This document shows, in pieces, positions 53,094 to 61,100 of a DNA stretch of 64,000 nucleotides. Positions within the stretch are counted from its first letter, which is position 1; each line of letters starts with the position of its first letter. The position numbers and the translations under genes are program-made. The stretch covers positions 128,001 through 192,000 of the forward strand of contig CAWKHF010000005.1 of the NCBI GenBank assembly GCA_963849325.1, written 5' to 3'. The stretch comes from an uncultured Planctomycetota bacterium (lineage in GTDB: Bacteria; Planctomycetota; Planctomycetia; Gemmatales; Gemmataceae). Under the pieces are notes generated by a model, which saw nothing but the letters and a program-made list of their open reading frames with translations, was not told the DNA's origin and made no database searches.

Positions 53094-53350
53094 GGTCGTA
53101 CTCTCCGTGGATCGAGCGCCTTCGTGAAGGATCATCCTACGCTGCGACGGTGCGACCGAAAAGTTTTGCCATTTCGTGCTTGTCTTGTGGCGATGACCGT
53201 GGTTAAATGCGTATATCCAGCCATTGGATACCCCGCAGGGTGTCGTTGCTCCGACCCCTCCTTCCAGTCCGTCGTTCCAGCCACCCGATGTCATCGCGCG
53301 GGCGGCGGACTCTGCGTCTCACCAACCCCCTTCCGACGGGAGTAACGCGC

Positions 53351-53515
53351 ATGTTCGGTCTTGGCATGGCGGAAATTCTGGTTATCTGCGTCATCGGCTT
53401 GCTGCTGTTCGGCAATCGGCTGCCGGGCCTGGCCCGTTCGCTGGGCAAAACCTTCATGGAGCTGCGCAAGGAAGTGCGCGGCCTCGAAGACGACATCCGC
53501 GGTCCAGCCCATTGA
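53351..53515 (+). CDS. tatA: Twin-arginine translocase TatA/E subunit
   Basis: MFGLGMAEILVI...LLLFG.RLP.LARSLGK.F.E.RK. Confidence 0.88.
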   Translation: MFGLGMAEILVICVIGLLLFGNRLPGLARSLGKTFMELRKEVRGLEDDIRGPAH

Positions 53516-53679
53516 GCCGGGCGCGTTGGGCGTCCGGGCGAGAGAATCCAGGGCCATGCCGGGATTTCCGCTTGTCCGGGCCGCCGCTGCGTTGCTATAG
53601 TTGGGAGGTGCGGCCCGCTGAGGGGACCAGACCGCGCCTGAAACGACCACGACATCCATCCGCAAAGAGGTTTCCTTCC

Positions 53680-53991
53680 ATGACTGCGTTGTTCGGTCTG
53701 TTCAATCTCGGCGCCCAGGAGATGCTGATCCTACTCATCATCGGCGTTCTGCTGTTCGGGCGGAAGCTGCCGGAGGTGGGCCGTTATCTGGGCAAGGGCA
53801 TCGTCGAATTCAAGAAGGGCATCAAAGGTTTGGAAGACGAATTCGACGCCTCGGCCACGGCGGCGCCGCGTTCGGAGCCGGCGCCCCTGGAGCAGCCGCG
53901 TCCGCCGCAGCGCATCACGACGACGGCGCCGAAGTTCGAGGACAACATCACCACGCCCGCCAACAACCTCACCACGCCGCCGAAGGCGTGA
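53680..53991 (+). CDS. tatA: Twin-arginine translocase TatA/E subunit, second copy
   Basis: LGAQEMLILLIIGVLLFGRKLPEVGRYLGKGIVEFKKG. Confidence 0.9.
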   Translation: MTALFGLFNLGAQEMLILLIIGVLLFGRKLPEVGRYLGKGIVEFKKGIKGLEDEFDASATAAPRSEPAPLEQPRPPQRITTTAPKFEDNITTPANNLTTPPKA

Positions 53992-54066
53992 GAACGACGA
54001 AATCGAAAGATCGAAAGGAAACAAGTGGCGGAGAACGGTGCTCACGAAAATGCACACTTCGCCCTT

Positions 54067-54140
54067 GGGCGCTTAGCTCAGTTGGTTAGAGCGCATGGAT
54101 CACACCCATGAGGCCGGGGGTTCGAGTCCCTCAGCGCCCA
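54067..54140 (+). tRNA. tRNA-Val(CAC), CCA not encoded
   Basis: Acceptor stem GGGCGCT/AGCGCCC, D arm GCTC/GAGC, anticodon arm CATGG-ATCACAC-CCATG, TTCGAGT T loop. Confidence 0.93.
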
Positions 54141-54180
54141 TTGCCATCCTTTCGAGGCGAATCGCCTTGCCTCTACACGA

Positions 54181-55361
54181 TCAGTTTTTGTCCTTGTCCC
54201 GCGCCTCGTGTGCGGCCGCCTTCTCGGCAACGTAGGCGAGGATCCATCCCGTCGCCGCGTTGCGCGCGAAGTACAGCTTTTTCTCCCGGTCGAAGTGAAA
54301 CTCCGAAGACAACGCCTGGAGGATCTCGGCGCCGGCCAGCAGTTGACGCGGGTCTTGGTACACCTTTTTGACGCGCTCGATCTCTCCATGAGCCGTCTCG
54401 CGGAGCTTGGCATCTTCAATCGTCGAGAGATCGATCTTCGGAAAAACGTTCGGCGTCCGGAGAAGTAGTTGGCGGTAGGCGGCGATGTCGTCGGCGGTCA
54501 AGGCCACGTAGCTGCGGCGATCGCTCGGCCGAACGAGAGAGGCCATCGCCCAGACGGCGCCGCCGCTGAGATAAACGTGCTTCCGCTGGAGCAACTCCGG
54601 CTTGGCCTCGATGTCCTTCCGCAGAGCGGGGACAAGGATCTCCACGCGAAGAGCAGCGCTGGTCTCCGCGTATTTCCCTTTCTCCGCGCGTTTCTCGACC
54701 AGGTCGGCGAAAGTCACCGAGCCGTAAGGTATGCTCACCGTCGCGTACTCCTTGCCGGACTCGCGGTAGCCGCCCTTGGTGTTGCCGCCGCCGATGTCCA
54801 GCAGCAGGGAGTCGGCCGCGCGCTTGGCGGGGACAATGCCGGCGATGGACAGCTCGATCTCGCGTCGCACGTCAATGAAGCGAATCGGCAAACCACAGGC
54901 TTCTTGCACGGCGGCGGCGAGGGTTCTCTTGTTCGCCTCAATGGCTTCCTTCTTCGCTCCCAGGGCGCTGAAGAGACCGCTACTGCCGACGACGTAGATA
55001 CGGTTGTCGGGAATTTTATGCTCTGTTCGCATCTGCTCGGCGAATTTCGCCACCGCCGCGCTCGTCTCCCGGAGATGCCGGCTTCAAACCGATCGGCGGA
55101 GGCCAGACCCGCCGTCAGGGCGGTGTTCTTGGTGCAGCTCAGGAGGATCTTGGCCTCGTAGCCGTCGGTGCCGTCGGTGACATCGAGAACGGTTGCCTTG
55201 ATGCCTTTGGCGCCAATCTCGATGCCGCCGTGAACTTCGGCGCGGCCTTGCGCGGGCAACCCCAGACCCAGGATCGCCACCAGCAAGATCACGGCGATTC
55301 GTCGCGGCTTAACAATCCGGAAACGACGACAAAAACCAAGCGAAGGAGCCGTCATGGCCAT
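54181..55361 (-). CDS. Exported Ppx/GppA-like (ASKHA fold) protein (frameshift near 55070)
   Basis: GGAGAGG RBS, signal peptide, phosphate-1 motif GGIEIGAKGIK, VGSSG, phosphate-2 motif LLDIGGGNTKGG, YLSGG. Confidence 0.75.
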
Positions 55362-55460
55362 AACCTCTCCCTTGATGAAGCCACCGGAATCGACGCTTAC
55401 GGCCCTTGGACGCAGACGACACGAAATCCGGTGTAATGGTCTGTCCTGGCCGGCTCAAGC

Positions 55461-58400
55461 TTATCGCGGTGCGTGCAACGGCAATGACAGGGCTTTGCAG
55501 AAGGCGTCGGCGTCCGTCCAACTCACGCTCTCGACGGGAAATTTCGTGGTGTCCCCGGAGCGAACCGCGGATTGCTGTTGCCCTCCTTCGCTGTACGCGC
55601 TGGGGTTGCTCCCCATGACCGTTTGATACTGCTCCTGCGTCACCTCGTGAGCACCCATGAAGAAGTCGGCTGGGATCACGACTTCGTGCTGCTTCTCGTC
55701 CTTACCGCGTATGGCATTGGTAGGCGATCCCATCAAGAATGTCCCTTTGGGAATGGGCATTAACCGCATCCCGATCGAATTTTGGATGCCCCTCCTCTCG
55801 GTTTGGCCTCCGGGCTGCGGTCGATGCACCTCGCCCTTGTCCAACGGTCCAACAAGCTTCGCCAACGGCGATCCCTCCAGCCGGACCAGCAAGGGGCTGG
55901 CTCCTACCACGTTGCCGAACTTGTGAGGAGTCTGGAGCCTTGCTCCGGTGTAAGCCTTGCTCTCCGATTGCATGGCCTCCTCCACATAGACAGCGAGCCT
56001 TCCCCAGGTTACTTTCCCGGAGACGGCATCCTTCGCTTCGCCGCGGAGCCCCTTCAAGACAAAGTAGAAGAAGACGCCGTGTTGCAAACGCGGACTCTCG
56101 TAGGCCAGCTGTCCGCTCTTGCAGCTGAACATGGCTGCTAACCCGGCAGGAATGAGAACTTTGTTGTAATCCACGCTCAGCGAGCGCGAAGCGGGCAACT
56201 TCTTATGCTCTCGGCAGGCATCCATCAACAGCAGTTTCGCGCCCGCCCCGCACTTGCCCAGCGTCTCGAGCATCAAGTCCTTGATATTGATTAAGTGCTC
56301 ATTGTAGCCCGTGGCGTAGTCGGTGCCGTCAACGTCAAACTGGGCATCGCTGGGGCAGAAGAAGGGGTAGATGCAATCGTCCGGCGATGCTTCTCCCTCC
56401 GGACGAGTCGAGCGACGTGCCCCGGCGCCGGGCGGAGGCACCATCAATTCGACGCCGTGACTGGCCAGCGCCACTAGGACCGTCTCCTCGCGCGTTCGCC
56501 GGCCGGTCAATTCCTGGAGTGCCTTGCGGATGTTCGCCGCCGTCGGCTTGTCTGCAGCCGTCTTGCTGCCGCGCGAGCTGGTCAACACGCGAACGCGGCC
56601 GTGAAAGGGCGACCCTGGCCTGTCAAGCAGCCGGCCCAGTTCCTCGACATCGTTTTCCGTATATTTCAGCTCGTCCAAGCCCGAACGATCGAAGGTTTTG
56701 ACGCCGATGAGGAGAGCGTAGGCTTTGCTCGGCGGCTTCTTGCCATCCTTTTCGCCTTGCAGCAGCTCGCGGACTTCGGGCAAATCGACCTCATCGGGGA
56801 GGCCTCCCGCTTTGAGGGTGTTGTAGGCGGCCAGGCGGACTCCCGGCTCCAGGTCGCGCAAACACTCCACCAGCCCCGCATAGGCGGCATCCTGGCCGGC
56901 CTTGCCGTAGCTGGCCAGGGACAGGGCCGCGTTCTGCCGCACCTGGGCATCGTCGTCCTTCAGCGCGTTCTTGAGCAACTCGATGATCTCTTTGCGTTTG
57001 TCCTCCGGGAAAGAATCCAGCGATAGCGCCGCATAGCGGCGAGCCTCTTTGCAATAGGCATCGTCTCTCTTGTCCTGCAGGGCAGCTTTCAGCGCCTTGA
57101 ACTGCTTATGCTCCGGCGGGCCGATTTCCCTCAGCGCCTTTTTGGCGGCCCGGCGAACCGCATCGACCTCGGTGGGTTCGCGGAGGATCTTCAACAGAGC
57201 GACGGCCGCCCTCTGGGCCTCTGGGCCGAGCTTTCCCAGGTCGTCGGCTGCTTCTTTGCGCGTCTCCGATTCGGCAGCCTTCAGCTTTTGCAGCGACTTA
57301 TTGACTCCATCCACCACCCGCGTTTTGGCGTCCTCATCCGAGTCTTCGGGGAATTCCTTGTCCAGCTTCTGCCGGTACGCCGTCCGAAGAAACCTTCGCA
57401 CTTCATGGACGTGAATGTGTCCAGCATTCAGGACACCATCCGCGTGCATGGTGTGGACGCCGACGAGGTAGCCGCGGCTGTCCACCACAGCACCTCCGCT
57501 ATCACCGGGGTTGGTGGCAACGGAGCTGGCGATGACCTCGGCCTGCCGCTCAACGGTCTGTCCTTTGTAAACCCAGGTGTTGAAGGAAACCTGCCGAACC
57601 GCTCCGGAACTGTAGATCCACACGCCCAGGTTGCCCTTGGGTTTGCCGCCGACGGTGTGCAGCGGCTGTCCCGGCCGGATGGTTCGCCTGCTGAGCCGGA
57701 GAGCCTTCACGCCCACCGGCAGCCGATCCAGGTGGATCAGCGCAAGATCACAGGTCGCTTGATCGTAGACAAAATCCGCAGGGATGGCGTGTTTGGGCTT
57801 TTCCTTTTTCAAATCGTTCAAGTAGACTTCACTCTCCGTCACGAGCTTGCCATCTCGGATGATCGGGAAGAAGACCACAATTTCTTTCTTGCTGCGGTTA
57901 GCAACGTGTTGGGCGGTGAGCACCATCTGCTTCTCTCGATCAATCAGCGATCCGGTTCCGTACCCTACGTTGCCGTTCGCGTCCTGCGTACGAATCCACA
58001 CGCACGACTTGAGCATTTCGTTGTACAACTCGTCGCTGGTCATCCCGCTGGCGTCCGCCTTGACGCTGGCGTCCGTCTCCAGGGTGCGCTCCGTCTCCGG
58101 GCTGGCGTCCGTCTTTCGCTCGGCGTCTTTCTTCCGGTCGGCGTCCTTCTTCCGTTCGGCGTCCGCCTTCGGGGCGGCTGGATTATCCTTCCGCGCGACC
58201 GTCTCCTGGGACAGAGTGCTCGAAGGGAGCTTCCCTTCGAGAAGAGAAGGGAGCAGAAGGATGGCACCGCCGAGGAGGAGGCCCGTCAGGGCGCTTACGC
58301 CCAGAAGGAGCGGGCCGCAGCCCCGACCGCGTGGCTGCGCGATGGCGGTGCTCGCATTCGCCGACTTCTCGGCGCGGACGACGACGCGCATTCGCTGACC

Positions 58401-58487
58401 GCAATTGCCGCACGGCCACACAACTCCACTCGGAATGTTCTCCGAACTGAGCTCTGTTCGACACTCCGGGCAGGTGTACGTGAACAT
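55461..58487 (-). CDS. Multidomain protease: Zn ribbon, TM, trypsin-like serine protease, HEAT repeats, caspase-like (C14) domain, truncated FGE-sulfatase domain
   Basis: CPEC..CGNC; TM helix; TAQHV/DLAL/GDSGG triad; VRQNAALSL HEAT units; ALLIGV, ASHG, LMDACR; GTFLMGSP, HEVTQEQY, PVESVSW, then a stop. Confidence 0.85.
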   Translation of the reverse strand: MFTYTCPECRTELSSENIPSGVVWPCGNCGQRMRVVVRAEKSANASTAIAQPRGRGCGPLLLGVSALTGLLLGGAILLLPSLLEGKLPSSTLSQETVARKDNPAAPKADAERKKDADRKKDAERKTDASPETERTLETDASVKADASGMTSDELYNEMLKSCVWIRTQDANGNVGYGTGSLIDREKQMVLTAQHVANRSKKEIVVFFPIIRDGKLVTESEVYLNDLKKEKPKHAIPADFVYDQATCDLALIHLDRLPVGVKALRLSRRTIRPGQPLHTVGGKPKGNLGVWIYSSGAVRQVSFNTWVYKGQTVERQAEVIASSVATNPGDSGGAVVDSRGYLVGVHTMHADGVLNAGHIHVHEVRRFLRTAYRQKLDKEFPEDSDEDAKTRVVDGVNKSLQKLKAAESETRKEAADDLGKLGPEAQRAAVALLKILREPTEVDAVRRAAKKALREIGPPEHKQFKALKAALQDKRDDAYCKEARRYAALSLDSFPEDKRKEIIELLKNALKDDDAQVRQNAALSLASYGKAGQDAAYAGLVECLRDLEPGVRLAAYNTLKAGGLPDEVDLPEVRELLQGEKDGKKPPSKAYALLIGVKTFDRSGLDELKYTENDVEELGRLLDRPGSPFHGRVRVLTSSRGSKTAADKPTAANIRKALQELTGRRTREETVLVALASHGVELMVPPPGAGARRSTRPEGEASPDDCIYPFFCPSDAQFDVDGTDYATGYNEHLINIKDLMLETLGKCGAGAKLLLMDACREHKKLPASRSLSVDYNKVLIPAGLAAMFSCKSGQLAYESPRLQHGVFFYFVLKGLRGEAKDAVSGKVTWGRLAVYVEEAMQSESKAYTGARLQTPHKFGNVVGASPLLVRLEGSPLAKLVGPLDKGEVHRPQPGGQTERRGIQNSIGMRLMPIPKGTFLMGSPTNAIRGKDEKQHEVVIPADFFMGAHEVTQEQYQTVMGSNPSAYSEGGQQQSAVRSGDTTKFPVESVSWTDADAFCKALSLPLHAPR

Positions 58488-58543
58488 GGTCGTGTCTCCG
58501 TTCGGCCTTCGCTGCGTCGAGCGTGTTGGGCCTCGTGATGCAG

Positions 58544-58654
58544 GCTTTTCGGAGTTGACGGATGGTGCGAGTATTATCGGCTCAAGAACCAAGGGATGGA
58601 TCGGGCCGGTAAAGGACGCTTTTCGGAGTTGACGGATGGTGCGAGTATTATCGG
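58544..58654. repeat. Exact 37-bp direct repeat x2 separated by 37 bp
   Basis: GCTTTTCGGAGTTGACGGATGGTGCGAGTATTATCGG at 58544-58580 and 58618-58654. Confidence 0.85.
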
Positions 58655-58768
58655 GGCAGCCTGTCGATTCCGCAAGGGTCATTTCTTCGATTTTCATTTT
58701 CGTCGAGACCCGCAACGTCAGCGAGGGAGCGTCCTTCGCTGACGCGGCGGGCCCCGACGAAAATGCGC

Positions 58769-61030
58769 CTATTTCGGCTCCGTCCTCCACTTCAAAACCC
58801 GCATGCCGTGCTGCTCGGCGAACGACGGAATGAGCACGCTGCGAGCACCGGATCGATACATCGCGTGCTCCAGCAGCTGGCCCAGCGGCGACCGCAGACC
58901 CTGACTGCGATCCACGGTTCGCGCTCGCCGCAGTCCGTCTTGGGCCAGGGCCGTGAAGTTCATCGGCGGGTTCGTCGCCGGCGTGGCGATCACCACCAGG
59001 TGCTCCGGGCCGAACGGCGGCTCGTCTCCGACCTCTCCGTGCGGCGGCGGCGTGTCCAGCGTACGGCCGGGTGGCACGGTTTTGCCCGCCTCGTTGGACT
59101 TGGGGTAGAACGCCTCGATCTGAAAGTCCGCGCCGATGGTCAGCAGCGTCACGTCCAGCGGCGATCGGCTCTTGTTGTGGATGCGGAACGAGATCCGATC
59201 GCCCGGCCGGAACACCCACCCTTCGGCCGGCTGCCGCAGCACCTCGCCGCGATCAGACGGGTTCTTGTGCCCCAATACCTCCACGTCCAAACCGACAAGA
59301 GAGCTGCCGCGGTACCGCTGTCCCTCGAAGCGGCCCGCCAGCGCGAGCAGGTTACGCGCCCGATAGACTTTCTCCAGATTGTGACGCAGGGCGTCGATCC
59401 ATCCGACGTTGTCCAGGTCCGGCAGGGCGAACGGCTCCCGGTTGCCCGAGGCCTCCACCAGCTGGAGCTTCCCCTTTTCCGGACGTACCAACCACTGTGC
59501 CTGCCGTGGATCTTCCACGTACTCCACCAGTCCCTCCTTCGCTTCGGCGAGAGACTGGACGGCCTTCCGTAACCGCTGCCGCAGCGCCGCCTGTCCGTCC
59601 GGGACCTGGACGGCCACCTTGAAGCGCCGTAGGCTGTAATCGACGAGCACCGGCCGGCACGTCGAGAGCAGCGGCAGCTTCTCCACCCGCAGCGATTCCT
59701 CATCGGCGCACGGCTCGACGGTCGCGTCGAACGGTCGGATGTCCTGCACGCGGACGTGGCCCAGCAGCTTTGGCTTCTCTCGCCCGCCGGCAGGCGACTC
59801 CACCGCCAGAATGCTCCCGGAGGTGAGCCCGTGCAGCGCTCCCGCATTGACCTTGTAGCCGTCCTCGTCTCGGCTTAACAGCAAGGGCGACCGCAGTGGT
59901 TGCTCCGTACCCAGGACGACGCGATCCTGTCCTCTGCCCTCGACCAGCGGCGTCGGCGAGCCTTGCGGCCGACCGGCGTACTGGATCTGGAGGCGTTGGA
60001 CCAGTTCTCGGTAGGTCAGCGGCGAGGGCGACTCCGCCGACTTGGTGAGGATGTCCACCAGGTTATAGGTGAGCAGCCCATAACACTTGGCGTCCCGCGA
60101 ATCGGCCGGCTGGGGACATTCCGGCGTCGTTTCCTGCGGCCGGCAGGCGTACACCGCCACCAGGTAGTCGGAAGGCTCCTGCGGTACGAACGGAGCGGAC
60201 TTGGCCGACGATCCGCCGCGTGTCTTCCCCTGCCGCCGAGCCGCCCGCTGCCGGGCCTTTTCCAGCTCCTCTCGGGGCATCAGGGTATCCGGCGGCAGTT
60301 CGCGGACGACCTCGACGCCGCGGGTCATGGTTCCGGAGTGGCAGCAATCGAAGATGATCCAGACGTAGGCCTTCTTCGCCGTGATGGCCCGCAGCCAGTC
60401 GCCGATCTCATTATCGATGATGGCGTTGTGTACCCTCTTGGGGCTTCCCTCGCTCTCTTTCACGTCGGCCGGAAGGAAGATCTCGTCAATGCCGTCCGGC
60501 TCGGGGTAGCGTGGATCGGGAGGATCGCTCTCGGGCTGACGATCGCCGTGGCCGGACAGCAAGATGAGGATCTGATCGCCTTCGCCGGCCTGGTCCGCCA
60601 GGCGGCGGAACTCGCGCGCGATGTTCGCCCGCGTCGGCCGACGATCCCGGCGGCCTTCGTCCTCCGTCAAGGCGACGATGCCCTCGGCCGGAAATCGAAA
60701 GCGTTTCGTCAACAACGTCCGCATCAGCCGCACGTCGTTGGCCGGGCCGGTGAGGTGGACTCTCTCGGGCAAGTGGTCGTATTTCGTTATGCCCACTAGG
60801 AGCGCGAGCCTGTGGACGTCATGGGCAGCAGGAGCGGGATCCGCTTCCGAGGTCCGAACCTGCGCGGCAGTCGCCTGTACGAGTTTGAGCATCTCCGATG
60901 GCGCATTCCCTTGGATCGGCCGGCCGGCATCCGCTCCCCGCCGGCGGCTTCCTCCGCAACCGAGGGAAAGCCCAGTGACGATGAGGACGACGCTCCCTGC
61001 CGCAAGGAGGGGTAAATTCAGGCGACTCAT
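58769..61030 (-). CDS. Caspase/metacaspase (C14) protein, probable lipoprotein, with a DUF4384-like C-terminal domain
   Basis: Hydrophobic leader plus LSLGC; LALLVGI..Y, L.GPANDV, LSGHG, DEIFLPAD, FDCCHSG; C-terminal F.PGDRISF.I.N...D..I..FYP. Confidence 0.88.
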   Translation of the reverse strand: MSRLNLPLLAAGSVVLIVTGLSLGCGGSRRRGADAGRPIQGNAPSEMLKLVQATAAQVRTSEADPAPAAHDVHRLALLVGITKYDHLPERVHLTGPANDVRLMRTLLTKRFRFPAEGIVALTEDEGRRDRRPTRANIAREFRRLADQAGEGDQILILLSGHGDRQPESDPPDPRYPEPDGIDEIFLPADVKESEGSPKRVHNAIIDNEIGDWLRAITAKKAYVWIIFDCCHSGTMTRGVEVVRELPPDTLMPREELEKARQRAARRQGKTRGGSSAKSAPFVPQEPSDYLVAVYACRPQETTPECPQPADSRDAKCYGLLTYNLVDILTKSAESPSPLTYRELVQRLQIQYAGRPQGSPTPLVEGRGQDRVVLGTEQPLRSPLLLSRDEDGYKVNAGALHGLTSGSILAVESPAGGREKPKLLGHVRVQDIRPFDATVEPCADEESLRVEKLPLLSTCRPVLVDYSLRRFKVAVQVPDGQAALRQRLRKAVQSLAEAKEGLVEYVEDPRQAQWLVRPEKGKLQLVEASGNREPFALPDLDNVGWIDALRHNLEKVYRARNLLALAGRFEGQRYRGSSLVGLDVEVLGHKNPSDRGEVLRQPAEGWVFRPGDRISFRIHNKSRSPLDVTLLTIGADFQIEAFYPKSNEAGKTVPPGRTLDTPPPHGEVGDEPPFGPEHLVVIATPATNPPMNFTALAQDGLRRARTVDRSQGLRSPLGQLLEHAMYRSGARSVLIPSFAEQHGMRVLKWRTEPK

Positions 61031-61100
61031 GGATTCCACCTCTTACCGAAGGCAAATGCCGGCGACACGTCGGCGAAGCGTCGCCAACCGAAGGCAAGTA

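Noticed and set aside
53351-53991. Tandem tatA genes as the export route for the array proteins
   Set aside because: The array leaders contain RR but lack the S/T-RRxFLK context and hydrophobic h-region; the genes are 20 kb away and multiple tatA copies are common.
58488-59219. N-terminal extension of the 1252-aa ORF in the track
   Set aside because: It overlaps the caspase gene, a REP and the 37-bp repeats; the credible start is MFTYTCPEC at 58487, preceded by GGAG.
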